Positions 17,812-27,173 of a stretch of DNA of 27,726 bases are shown here, one piece after another (position 1 is the first letter of the stretch; each line of letters opens with the position of its first letter). The notes below the pieces were generated by a model. The model was not told where the DNA came from. It ran no database searches and saw only the letters and a program-made list of their open reading frames with translations. The stretch covers positions 1 to 27,726 of the forward strand of contig JAYUEN010000508.1 of NCBI GenBank assembly GCA_043739185.1, read 5' to 3'. The translations under genes and the position numbers were made by a program. Source of the stretch: Bdellovibrionales bacterium. GTDB lineage: Bacteria > Bdellovibrionota > Bdellovibrionia > Bdellovibrionales > JAMPXM01.

Positions 17812-18449
17812 CGCAAGAGTCCCCATTTCTTAATAAAAAATTCTTCCCGATTGCTCATCCCAAAGTAGAGCAATTGATCAAGACCTCTTTCGTTTATGTC
17901 AAGTTCTAGTTCGAATTGAATTGCAGGTGATTTCGGACTTTGCTTGTAGTCCAAAATTATTGTTGAACTTTCAATATTTCTTTCCTCACCGTATTCATTA
18001 ACAAGCGTTTCTAAGTGAGGAGGCATCACGAATACGATTTCGAAGTTTCCTGAGGGAACGATAAAGAAATCCGCAGCGGCCAGAAACTCTTCAATCCAGG
18101 TTTGACCAAATTGCGGAGAAGACTTTTGCGAAACGCTGGTCTGCCAGGATAGGCTCGAAAAAATATCAACTTTATCGGTCGAACAATTTTCTGCCTGCAT
18201 TTCGAAGAAATCGATCTTGCTGGCTTCACAACGTTGTTCGCAGGGATTTTTTTCACATTTGAAATCACAGCGCATGAGCTTTTGCTTAAATTTCACAGGA
18301 ATACCACAAACAAATGGTGATTTGGTTTTATCCTGAAAGAATTCTCTTAAATGAACAGCTTGATTGGCAGGATCAATTAAAGGCATTGCTTGGCTATAGG
18401 CAATGCCTAGATCGAAAAACCTAATTAAAATAAGTAATGCAATCATCAA
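17808..18449 (-). CDS. Secreted hypothetical protein (Cys-rich N-terminal half)
   Basis: 213-aa ORF with ATGA overlaps at both ends, a hydrophobic leader and six Cys. Confidence 0.75.
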   Translation of the reverse strand: MMIALLILIRFFDLGIAYSQAMPLIDPANQAVHLREFFQDKTKSPFVCGIPVKFKQKLMRCDFKCEKNPCEQRCEASKIDFFEMQAENCSTDKVDIFSSLSWQTSVSQKSSPQFGQTWIEEFLAAADFFIVPSGNFEIVFVMPPHLETLVNEYGEERNIESSTIILDYKQSPKSPAIQFELELDINERGLDQLLYFGMSNREEFFIKKWGLLR

Positions 18450-19612
18450 TTGCTACAGCTGATTCTAACGACTCGGTCTAAAATAAGCTTTGTGAGCTCT
18501 AAGTTTTCGCCCAGAACTGCAGTAACCCGCCCAAGCATTTTGGGTGGTGTTCCGGACTTTGTTTTCTGTTGAAAATTAAAGCGAGCTGCCTCGGCAGTTA
18601 CAGCCAACTCAAGACTGAGATTTTGGCCTGATAAGCTAAGTGGGTACTGCGTTTTGCCAGTCTGGGTTAGGGGGAATGAGAGAGAGCTTTCGGACATTTT
18701 AAAACTATCAATTTTCTTCTCCTTGATTGCAGCTCTGACCATATCGAGATTGTAAATCGCTGAGTCGTAAGTTTTCAGCTCGCAAGTCTGGCTTTTCTCG
18801 AGTGGGGAATTTTTGTCATCTAATCCGGGAAGAGCAATGGCTGAATGAAGCTGCTCGAAAATTTCTTTAGTAACAGCTTTATCATTTACAAAATAATTTT
18901 CTTGATTGGCATTGTCCTTGGCCTGAAGACTTTGAAGAAATTTTGTTTGCCCGCCCGCGCCATTAAAAATTTCGGTGCTGACCACATTCATTTCAAGTCC
19001 TTGACCGAAAATCATTTCAGTCACAAATTCTCCGCTATATTCTATGGCGCCTAATTTTTGGGATACAATACTGCCACCGATTGCCATTGTCATTTTTACG
19101 GCCATGCCTTTTGGTGCAGGTCCGGCAATGACTTTGATTTTCATCGGCATGGTAAATTTAGTCATATCAATTTCAGATTTAAGTTTTGGAGAAACAATTT
19201 CGACCTGAAGTTTGATTTCGCCGTCGGCGCCGGCACTGGTCATTGAGATATGGCTAGTTGCCGAAATTACAAATGGACATTCGAATCCTTTGTATTCGAC
19301 TTTTGCATCGACAGTTTCGCCGTTGGTAGAGCGCGTTTCACTGTAGCTCGTTTGGCAAACATCTAAATTTTGATTTCTGGTTAATAGATCGACTTTGCGT
19401 CTTACCTCAGGGTCAACAGAATTAAATTCGGGCTGACGTAATGCCTGGTGAATAAGATTATTTGAAAGGGACTCCTTCATTTCTTGGCGAGCAAACAAAA
19501 GATCCATGGTGCGAGTCATAGCACTCATCTCTACTGAAAGTGACTTTGTGTCGACTCCAGCAAAGCTGATTTGTGTCGAAAGAAAAATAGCAACGCATAT
19601 TAAGAGCTTCAT
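18446..19612 (-). CDS. Secreted beta-rich hypothetical protein
   Basis: 388-aa ORF, AGGGG RBS, signal peptide ending ISFA. Confidence 0.8.
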   Translation of the reverse strand: MKLLICVAIFLSTQISFAGVDTKSLSVEMSAMTRTMDLLFARQEMKESLSNNLIHQALRQPEFNSVDPEVRRKVDLLTRNQNLDVCQTSYSETRSTNGETVDAKVEYKGFECPFVISATSHISMTSAGADGEIKLQVEIVSPKLKSEIDMTKFTMPMKIKVIAGPAPKGMAVKMTMAIGGSIVSQKLGAIEYSGEFVTEMIFGQGLEMNVVSTEIFNGAGGQTKFLQSLQAKDNANQENYFVNDKAVTKEIFEQLHSAIALPGLDDKNSPLEKSQTCELKTYDSAIYNLDMVRAAIKEKKIDSFKMSESSLSFPLTQTGKTQYPLSLSGQNLSLELAVTAEAARFNFQQKTKSGTPPKMLGRVTAVLGENLELTKLILDRVVRISCSN

Positions 19613-19657
19613 TTTTACCCCCTGTAAAATTTAATTATCTGATTTTTTATCCTACAT

Positions 19658-20497
19658 TTAAAACCATTCGAGTAAATCAAAATTCAATTGATACAGCTTC
19701 TCGTGTCGAGAGGACTTCGAAATGCCCTGAATTTTCTTAATAAAGTCGGCGAAGGCTTCTTTTGACGCATTAAAACCTTTATCATCCATGGTAAATGTGA
19801 CGACAAAACTCTCTTTCGCTTCCTCGGCAGTTTGATTGAGTCGCGACATCAACGTTGATTTCAAGCCTGTCTGGTGCGTGCGAGTCAAAGGATGTTCGCG
19901 GCCAAAATGAGGCGACTTGCTATAGACGCTTACAACTTCAAATTGTTTTTTTCCGAGAATGATAAAATCGCAGTTGCTGAGGGCCTGAAGGGACTTTTTT
20001 AATTTAGCCTGCGTGATTCCCAATTGTGAACATAGCTGCAAGGGGTCTTTCTTGTACTTCGGAATAAACAGAGCAATGTGAATCAACACAGTAATTGGAT
20101 CGAGCAAATAATTCATATCGTGATTGAGTGTTTGTACTTGGGCATCAACAAAATCGGCACTTATGATGCGTTTCTTTTTTAAATCTTGAAGCTTATTCAG
20201 TAAAAATTCTTTGCGATTTCGATCCTGTGTTGTATTGGCAGCTCGTAAAAGCAGAACAAATTCAATATCAGAGGTCGTTAGATCGAGCCATTCGCAAATT
20301 CGAAACAGATCGTCTTCTGACAAATGAGTCCTGTCATCATTGAGGGATTTTGAGAGATAGGTCGCTTGAATATTTATTTTTTCAGCGATGCTCCTCCAAC
20401 TTAAGGCTGGCTTTTCCTTTCGCAATGAACTCAATCGTTCTTTTAGCAAAACTTTGTAATTAGAAAATGAATAGAGATTAAACGGCGTTTTTGACAT
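19658..20497 (-). CDS. TIGR02147 / DUF4423-like HTH regulator
   Basis: 279 aa; NYKVLLKE..SWRSIAEKINIQATYLSKSL...HLS (HTH), FVLL.....T, a conserved H, and C-terminal LYQLNFDL. Confidence 0.78.
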   Translation of the reverse strand: MSKTPFNLYSFSNYKVLLKERLSSLRKEKPALSWRSIAEKINIQATYLSKSLNDDRTHLSEDDLFRICEWLDLTTSDIEFVLLLRAANTTQDRNRKEFLLNKLQDLKKKRIISADFVDAQVQTLNHDMNYLLDPITVLIHIALFIPKYKKDPLQLCSQLGITQAKLKKSLQALSNCDFIILGKKQFEVVSVYSKSPHFGREHPLTRTHQTGLKSTLMSRLNQTAEEAKESFVVTFTMDDKGFNASKEAFADFIKKIQGISKSSRHEKLYQLNFDLLEWF

Positions 20498-20607
20498 TAT
20501 ATAAATAGTATAACTAAATGAGCTGAATTCAACAAATAGATAATATAAATAATGTAATTCTACCTATTAAATAGATTTCACAACAACAAGTCATAAGGGA
20601 GGTTTTT

Positions 20608-21510
20608 ATGACAACAAGAAATCTATTTGCAGTAGCCGCTTTGTCAACATTGCTCATGAGCGCATGCTCAGTTCATTCGAGCAGCGATGCTCCGAGTGTA
20701 CTTCCAAAGGAGGCCTTCGATAATAAAGTCGTAGGACCAAATATTGAGGGTGCTTGGACAAGCAATTGCTTTCAGGATTTTGGTTCAAAACACCGCCAAT
20801 TCAAGGCGGTCTTTCAGGGGCAAAATATTGTACGAAGCGATAGTGAGTTTGCCGACAAAGAATGTACTCATCTGTTAAAAAAGTCAGAATTGAAAGGGGT
20901 ATTTCGCTATTCAGATAAGACGAGCTACGGGGGCTATGTCGTTGATTATCACTTTGATTTGGGACAAGGAATTACTGAGATCACCGCAGAAGAAATTTTG
21001 CTCGAAAACAATTCACTATATATTAGTGGATTCATGGTTGGCTTTGGTAGTATTGATAAGACTCGTCCGATGACAAAAGATGGCGCAAGTCAACCAACTC
21101 CGCCTGCAGCCAGTCCGGCTCCAAATGAGGATCCCAATAGTATTGCAGGAGTCCGCACATCCTCTTGGCAGAGTGCGCGCTACGCCTTTTGCAATGCCCA
21201 GGGTTATGCCTATATTCTTGATTTCAAAAATCAGGATTTAAGCAAAGTGCAAGCGGGCAATGTTGAAATCCTTGGTCGCCCGTGCAATTCAAATCGTGCC
21301 TTTAAAGTGGTCGGAGCTTCGCACTTTCAACTTGATCGTTCAGCAAAATTCAAAATGACTCTTGATGATGGCTATCTAAGCGACAACGGGCGCGGGATGC
21401 AAGATACTTGGGCGGTGATTGCAGGCAATTCAGGAATTTGCACCTTCTTAGAAAACAAAGGCGTCAAAGATGTTTTTGGAGCCGACTACGGAATTTGGGA
21501 GTGTAAATAA
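20608..21510 (+). CDS. Two-domain lipoprotein
   Basis: GGAGG RBS; lipobox MSAC; IEGAWTSNC; Pro-rich linker QPTPPAASPAP. Confidence 0.8.
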   Translation: MTTRNLFAVAALSTLLMSACSVHSSSDAPSVLPKEAFDNKVVGPNIEGAWTSNCFQDFGSKHRQFKAVFQGQNIVRSDSEFADKECTHLLKKSELKGVFRYSDKTSYGGYVVDYHFDLGQGITEITAEEILLENNSLYISGFMVGFGSIDKTRPMTKDGASQPTPPAASPAPNEDPNSIAGVRTSSWQSARYAFCNAQGYAYILDFKNQDLSKVQAGNVEILGRPCNSNRAFKVVGASHFQLDRSAKFKMTLDDGYLSDNGRGMQDTWAVIAGNSGICTFLENKGVKDVFGADYGIWECK

Positions 21511-21530
21511 GAATTTTTATCCATCAAAGA

Positions 21531-21597
21531 TTTCGACCCGGACTTTTAATTGAAGTCGTCGAAACCTCGGGGTTGTCGCTTTGAAGGCGGCAACCCC
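21531..21597. terminator. Tandem hairpins between convergent genes
   Basis: tttcgac..gactt/aagtc-gtcgaaa (21531-21564) and ggggttgtcgctt-tga-aggcggcaacccc (21569-21597). Confidence 0.6.
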
Positions 21598-21605
21598 TCC
21601 TTCAT

Positions 21606-21821
21606 TTACTCCATCTTGAAGATTTTCTTTTTGCCACGCTGACCAGAAATCAATTCAAAAGAAGATTTAGATTTGTGAAAATGTTTTGCCAAGAGTTCGA
21701 TAACTCGCTCATTGGCGCGGCCTTCAGTTGGTGGAGCATTCACGCGCACCAAAAATACTCCGTCCTTTTCTTCGACCGATTCTTTTCGTGAGTTGGGTTT
21801 GACCATTACGCTAATTTTCAT
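21606..21821 (-). CDS. DUF167 / YggU family protein
   Basis: VKPNSRK, VNAPPTEGRAN, LISGQRGKKK. Confidence 0.92.
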   Translation of the reverse strand: MKISVMVKPNSRKESVEEKDGVFLVRVNAPPTEGRANERVIELLAKHFHKSKSSFELISGQRGKKKIFKME

Positions 21822-21835
21822 TTAGTCTCTAAATT

Positions 21836-23173
21836 ATGAGAAATTTCAAAAAAGTGCTAGTTGTGCTGTCTCCCATATTAATTTGCGGCGCTGCGCCTCC
21901 AAAACTAAGCAGGTACATTCTGGAGAGCGGCCAGGCCTATGCCAATCTTAAGGAGCTGACCGACAAAGGTTCGCGTCTTAGTGGTTCGCCTGGCGCTGCG
22001 CAAGCAGTTGAGTGGGCTAGGAAAAAATTTAATTCTTATGGTTTTGATAAAGTTACGCTTCAGGAAGTATTGGTTCCTCATTGGGAAAGAGGCAGCAAAG
22101 AAGAGGCACGGATCACGTCGGGCTCAAGTGGCAAGCTTCACATTGCGGCTCTTGGCAATAGCATCGGTACAGACGCCAAGGGAATTGAAGCTGAAGTGAT
22201 CGAGGTGAGCGGTCTCGACGATGCTGAGGCTAAAGCCGAAATCCTTAAGGGGAAAATTGTTTTTTTTAATGGCTTCATGGACCCTACAGCGATGGATAGC
22301 TTTGAAGCTTATGGCAAAGCAGTTCCACAGCGAGTTGGCGGGGCCTCAGTTGCGGCCAAATTCGGTGCGGTTGCGGTACTGGTTCGTTCGATGACTATGA
22401 ATCACGATGAGTTTCCGCACACTGGGGTCATGAAGTATGAAGACAAGATTCAAAAAATTCCGGCGGCAGCAATTGCAACTGCCGATGCCGACCGTCTTTC
22501 TCAATTATTAAAAACGAAAAAAATTAAAATAAATTTAGTTCTGAGTGCGAAGCTTTTAGAGCCAGTTAAATCCTTTAATGTCATAGGAGAACTGACCGGC
22601 TCAGAATTTCCAAATGAAATTATTGTGGTGGGTGGTCACTTAGACAGCTGGGATTTAGGGGCTGGTGCGCAAGATGATGGGGCGGGCGTAGTACAAAGTA
22701 TCGAAGTCATACGCGCGATAAAAGCACTCAATTTAAAACCAAAGCGAACCATACGCACAGTATTATTTATGGCTGAAGAATTTGGTGGATTTGGTGGCGC
22801 GGAATATGGCAAACAGGCGGCATTAACCAAAGAAAAATATATCGCGGCTTTTGAGTCCGACCGGGGCGGCTACTCTCCACGTGGATTTGAAACCAATGCA
22901 AACGAAAAAGTACTAAGAAAATTGGAGGCCTGGAAGGAAGATTTGGCCCCGCTGCACGCAGATTTTATTAAAAAAGGTGGTGGCGGGACAGATATTGAGC
23001 CACTTGGGGTTCTGGGCGCCGTTCAATTTGGATTGTATCCAGATTCAGCGAGATATTTTGATGTACATCATTCAAAAAAAGACAGCTTAGAGGCCGTGAA
23101 CGCGCGTGAGCTTCATTTGGGAGCTGCGGCTATGGCTGTACTGGTTTATTTAATTTCTGATGAAGGCCTATAA
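21836..23173 (+). CDS. M28 family peptidase (carboxypeptidase Q-like, PA domain)
   Basis: RLSGS, GGHLDSWD, GAQDDGAG, AEEFG, ESDRG, YFDVHH. Confidence 0.92.
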   Translation: MRNFKKVLVVLSPILICGAAPPKLSRYILESGQAYANLKELTDKGSRLSGSPGAAQAVEWARKKFNSYGFDKVTLQEVLVPHWERGSKEEARITSGSSGKLHIAALGNSIGTDAKGIEAEVIEVSGLDDAEAKAEILKGKIVFFNGFMDPTAMDSFEAYGKAVPQRVGGASVAAKFGAVAVLVRSMTMNHDEFPHTGVMKYEDKIQKIPAAAIATADADRLSQLLKTKKIKINLVLSAKLLEPVKSFNVIGELTGSEFPNEIIVVGGHLDSWDLGAGAQDDGAGVVQSIEVIRAIKALNLKPKRTIRTVLFMAEEFGGFGGAEYGKQAALTKEKYIAAFESDRGGYSPRGFETNANEKVLRKLEAWKEDLAPLHADFIKKGGGGTDIEPLGVLGAVQFGLYPDSARYFDVHHSKKDSLEAVNARELHLGAAAMAVLVYLISDEGL

Positions 23174-23319
23174 AACTTTTTTGCAATTGGAACGAGCATT
23201 TGGAACGTTCATTTGGGGCGGGCAATCAATCAATTAGATGCATAGAAGCATCCTAAGTCTAGAGATTGACATCCAAAGGCATTCTGAGTTCAGCTTGGTG
23301 AAATTAACAAAGGAGAAAT

Positions 23320-23769
23320 ATGAAAACTTTAGCTTCGATTTTAACGGTCCTTACATTGGTGATTTCAGCCTCTGCAAACGCACGGGTGATTGCTCAGGTA
23401 GTAGTAGCCGGTGGATTTATGTCGCCAGAAGTTTGTGGCACCCATGAATTACGTGTTGAGGACAATGGTCGGGTCACTTTTCAATCTTGTGAAAAAAATA
23501 TTGCAAGCTTAGCTAAGCTTTCACCTAAAGTAGTCGCAAAGCTTATGAAGAAAATTGATGCCCTTCACATCACCAGCCTTTCTCAGCCAAATCAAAGAGG
23601 CTGTATGGATGCTCCCACAACTTATTATTCGGTTTCACAAAGAGGCAGTGAGATGAGGGCAATTTCAGCGCGCGTGAATTGCATTGATCTTGAAATGAAA
23701 TCTAATTCTTATGAAGTAACTGATATTCGCGATTTGTTAAAAGGCTTGCTTGCCTTGTCTGATTTTTAA
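23320..23769 (+). CDS. Secreted hypothetical protein
   Basis: AAGGAG RBS; signal peptide ending ANA; GGF.SP and CMDAPTT motifs. Confidence 0.8.
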   Translation: MKTLASILTVLTLVISASANARVIAQVVVAGGFMSPEVCGTHELRVEDNGRVTFQSCEKNIASLAKLSPKVVAKLMKKIDALHITSLSQPNQRGCMDAPTTYYSVSQRGSEMRAISARVNCIDLEMKSNSYEVTDIRDLLKGLLALSDF

Positions 23770-23790
23770 TATTGCTAAAAGAGATTACTG

Positions 23791-24870
23791 ATGAAATATG
23801 CGCCGACGAATTATAGCGACTATCTCAAAATCAATGAGTTGTTAAGCCAACAAAATTTGAGATCAGCCGAGCTCGGTCGTCCGGCGCATGACGAACTCTT
23901 ATTTATTACAGTTCATCAAACCTATGAGTTGTGGTTCAAACAGATGCTTTTTGAAATCGACTCCACGCTACAAATTTTTTCACAAAATAAAATTGAAGAA
24001 AAATTGCTGAGTACCGTGGTTCATCGTCTGGCGCGGATCAACGAGATTATGAGACTGCTCATAGATCAAGTGACCGTGCTTGAAACTATGACGCCATTAG
24101 ATTTTTTAGATTTTCGCGATATACTTTATCCGGCCAGTGGTTTTCAAAGTTTGCAGTTTCGTTTGCTTGAAATAAAATTGGGTTTAAAGGCTGAGATGAG
24201 ACACAATTATAATTCTCAGCCCTATCATAGTTATGTTGAAAAGCCAGATGCTGATAAGATGCTCGCAGCAGAAAAGACACCATCTTTATTTGATTTGATT
24301 GATAAGTGGCTCGCGCGGACACCATTTTTAGAAGATAAAAACTTTAAATTTTGGGAACTTTATCAGGTTGGTGTTGAAAAAATGTTTGAACGTGACCGCG
24401 AGGTCGTGCGCCACAATCCAATGTTAAGTCTTGAAGATCGCAGTAAAAATATCAGCAATATTGATGAGGCGGCCAAACAATTTCAAGCTTTGTTTATTGA
24501 AAATGAATTTCAGAAATTAAGAGAAGATGGTCAGTTTAGGCTTTCATATCGTGCCATGCACGCAGCACTTTTAGTAAGTCTTTATCGGGATGAACCTGTA
24601 TTGCATTTGCCTTATCAAGTTTTGTTTCAACTGGCTGATCTAGATGAACGCTTAACCATGTGGCGCTACCGGCATGCACTCATGGCGCAAAGAATGTTGG
24701 GTTCGAAAATTGGTACTGGCGGCTCAAGCGGACATAAATATTTAAAAGCAGCAACCGAACGTCATCGCATATTTGCCGATCTTTTTAATTTAACGACCTT
24801 CTTTATTCCGCGATCTGAGTTGCCAGAACTTCCGGATTCAATTAAAAAACGCATGGGTTTTCAAATCTAA
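23791..24870 (+). CDS. kynA: Tryptophan 2,3-dioxygenase (long form)
   Basis: YSDYL, HDELLFITVHQTYELWFKQ, LETMTPLDFLDFR, PASGFQSLQFR, WRYRH, GTGGSSG. Confidence 0.97.
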   Translation: MKYAPTNYSDYLKINELLSQQNLRSAELGRPAHDELLFITVHQTYELWFKQMLFEIDSTLQIFSQNKIEEKLLSTVVHRLARINEIMRLLIDQVTVLETMTPLDFLDFRDILYPASGFQSLQFRLLEIKLGLKAEMRHNYNSQPYHSYVEKPDADKMLAAEKTPSLFDLIDKWLARTPFLEDKNFKFWELYQVGVEKMFERDREVVRHNPMLSLEDRSKNISNIDEAAKQFQALFIENEFQKLREDGQFRLSYRAMHAALLVSLYRDEPVLHLPYQVLFQLADLDERLTMWRYRHALMAQRMLGSKIGTGGSSGHKYLKAATERHRIFADLFNLTTFFIPRSELPELPDSIKKRMGFQI

Positions 24871-24885
24871 AGACACCAGCCCTTA

Positions 24886-25047
24886 GGGTCCGTCCAAAAA
24901 TAACTACTCTTTCTTTGCTTGGTCTTTTTCGACAAGTCTTCGTTGGTCGTCGTCCGATTAGGCCCCTGGCTAGTCGTTCCTCCTCCCGCCTCGACTTGTC
25001 GAAAAATCCACGGCGCAAAGAAAGAGCATTTATTTTCAGACAAGCCC
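24886..25047. mobile_element. 162-bp MITE-like element with long imperfect terminal inverted repeats and TTA target duplication
   Basis: Left end GGGTCCGTCCAAAAATAA..CTCTTTTCTTTGC..TTTTTCGACAAGTC; reverse complement of the right end GGGCTTGTCTGAAAATAA..CTCTTTCTTTGC..TTTTTCGACAAGTC. Flanked by TTA at 24883-24885 and 25048-25050. Confidence 0.68.
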
Positions 25048-25785
25048 TTAGTAAGCACGCATAAAGCCGCCATCAACGGCAATGGCTTGTCCGGTTATAT
25101 AGGCCGCTTGCTCACTACTGAGATAAGTTGCAAGCGATGCGAATTCTTCTGGATTGCCAAATCTTTTTGCTGGGATATTGACGGCAACTTTCTCTTCAGG
25201 AATTCCTAGCTCTAATACGCGAGCGGTTCGAGTATAACCTGGCAGTAAAGCATTCACGGTGATTCCGAATGAAGCCACTTCATTGCTGAGAGTTTTGGCC
25301 ATGCCTAAGAGGCCAGCGCGATAAGAATTGGAGATAATCAAATTAGGCATGGGTTCTTTAGCAGCAAATGAAGTAACTAGTAAAATGCGTCCCCAGTTTT
25401 GCGCTTTCATTGAGGGTAAAGCGGCATGTATGCATTCAATGGTGCTGCCCCACAGAGATTGATAGGCCCCGGACCAATCGGCTAAATTTAAATCATCAAA
25501 GGATCCGCGTTTTGGTCCGCCAGTATTTATAACTAAAATATCAAGACCACCCCATTCGCCAATTACTTTTTGAACGGCATGGGCGCCTTCTTTGGGAATA
25601 TTGAGGTCGACCTGATAAGACGTTTTTGCTCCGGTTTCTTTCAAAGATAAATTGAGCTTTTCAGAATTTCTTGAGGCGATGGCGACTCTGGCGCCTTCAT
25701 CGACAAGACTTTTAGCAATTGCACGTCCGAGCCCGGTAGAGGCACCGAATACCAGGGCATTTCTGTTGGCGATTTTTAAATCCAT
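25048..25785 (-). CDS. SDR family oxidoreductase with atypical active site (SNxxR)
   Basis: GASTGLG, INTGGP, ISNSYR in place of YxxxK, LLPGYTRT, DGG. Confidence 0.9.
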   Translation of the reverse strand: MDLKIANRNALVFGASTGLGRAIAKSLVDEGARVAIASRNSEKLNLSLKETGAKTSYQVDLNIPKEGAHAVQKVIGEWGGLDILVINTGGPKRGSFDDLNLADWSGAYQSLWGSTIECIHAALPSMKAQNWGRILLVTSFAAKEPMPNLIISNSYRAGLLGMAKTLSNEVASFGITVNALLPGYTRTARVLELGIPEEKVAVNIPAKRFGNPEEFASLATYLSSEQAAYITGQAIAVDGGFMRAY

Positions 25786-27173
25786 TTGTTTGCTCCAAAA
25801 GCCTTTTGTAAATTGGGTTTCAATTTGGTTTCAATTAAAAATTGAGCCTTTTTTAAATCAACGTCTTCTGGCTTTGCAAGATTCTGACAAAGTTCTCTTA
25901 GAATTTGATCTTCAAGAATTCCGATATTCTTTGCGGCCGCATAATCAATATTTGAAAAGCTCACCAGTTGATAACGAGACAAATAGGTGTCTGAAAAACT
26001 CCTCATCAAAATTTGTTCGACTGATTTTTGAAAGAGAAAATTAGGATCCGCAACTTTATCGCGCATTTCAATAAAATTATCTTGGGCCAAATCAGCAATC
26101 GCATCGACATTTTCCTTTCGTTTTTGATAAAATTCACGAAAGACATTTTCCCAATCTAAATTGGCGAGATGATTTTTCAAAATATCACTGAGCACTTTAC
26201 AGTCTTCAAAGCCGCAGTTCATTCCTTGACCAAAAAAAGGCACGATGGCGTGCGCGGCATCTCCTAAGATCAAAAATTTATTTTGATAAGACCAGGCCTC
26301 TGATTTAATGGTCACCATATGTCCGGTCGGGTTTTCAAAGAATTCCTCATCCAGATTTGGCAACATTTTTTGAGCATCGCTAAAATATTCTCTAAAAAAT
26401 TGATTGAGCTGTGACGGCGTCTTGAGCGTTTCGAAACTAGGATCGCCTTTTTCTGACAAAAACAAAGTAGCGGTGAAGCTGCGGTCCTGATTTGGAAGAG
26501 CAATGAGCATAAAGTTTTTTCGCGGCCAAATATGAAGTCCATTGGGCGCCATTTGAAAATCACCGGATTCACTCGGTGGAATTACCAATTCTTTATAAGA
26601 GTAGGACAGAGTTTCAGAAGTGCATAGGGCGCTAGTTTTCTTCAAAATGGCGTCGCGAACGACTGAGGCACTTCCGTCGGTACCTATGAGCAAATGCGCA
26701 TCGAGTTCAAAGTTTTTTTCTGGAGCTGAGATATGAGCAATTTCATTTTCTAAATCGAGATTGGTCAGCTGATGTTTAAAGTGAATGCGCACACCACATT
26801 TACTTTCAGCATAACTCATAAGGATTTTATTTAATTCGCTCCTTGAGACTGAATAAATACATTCGGTTTCACGTCCATAAGCTTGAAATTGCGTCTTGCC
26901 ATCTAGTGCATGAACATTTCGGCCACCCATAGGGATGCAAATTTTCATGACTTCGTCCTTGAGGCCAACTTCTTCAAGCGCAGATAAACCGCGCGTTGAA
27001 ATTGCAAGATTAATAGATCTGCCGCCCTCTATTTTATTTTTACGCATATCTGCACGTCGCTCAAAAATTTCGACGTCAAAACCAAGACGAGCAAAATAAA
27101 TTGAAAGGAGGGAGCCAACGAGGCCAGCTCCGATGAGTTGAATGGGCTTATGGCCGCTTAATTGTTGTGGCAT
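25776..27173 (-). CDS. kmo: Kynurenine 3-monooxygenase
   Basis: GAGLVG, GRSINLAIS.RG, LHIWPR, MLIALPN, GDAAHAIVPFFGQGMNCGFED, NFIEMRD. Confidence 0.96.
   Translation of the reverse strand: MPQQLSGHKPIQLIGAGLVGSLLSIYFARLGFDVEIFERRADMRKNKIEGGRSINLAISTRGLSALEEVGLKDEVMKICIPMGGRNVHALDGKTQFQAYGRETECIYSVSRSELNKILMSYAESKCGVRIHFKHQLTNLDLENEIAHISAPEKNFELDAHLLIGTDGSASVVRDAILKKTSALCTSETLSYSYKELVIPPSESGDFQMAPNGLHIWPRKNFMLIALPNQDRSFTATLFLSEKGDPSFETLKTPSQLNQFFREYFSDAQKMLPNLDEEFFENPTGHMVTIKSEAWSYQNKFLILGDAAHAIVPFFGQGMNCGFEDCKVLSDILKNHLANLDWENVFREFYQKRKENVDAIADLAQDNFIEMRDKVADPNFLFQKSVEQILMRSFSDTYLSRYQLVSFSNIDYAAAKNIGILEDQILRELCQNLAKPEDVDLKKAQFLIETKLKPNLQKAFGANKWI

Noticed and set aside
23187..23216. ttggaacg..cattt 13-bp-period repeat as a sigma-54 promoter
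   Set aside because: No TTGC at the required spacing; two short copies are not enough to assign a function.
24867..25209. 71-aa and 96-aa ORFs
   Set aside because: They run through the palindromic element and overlap the SDR gene; no protein-like features.
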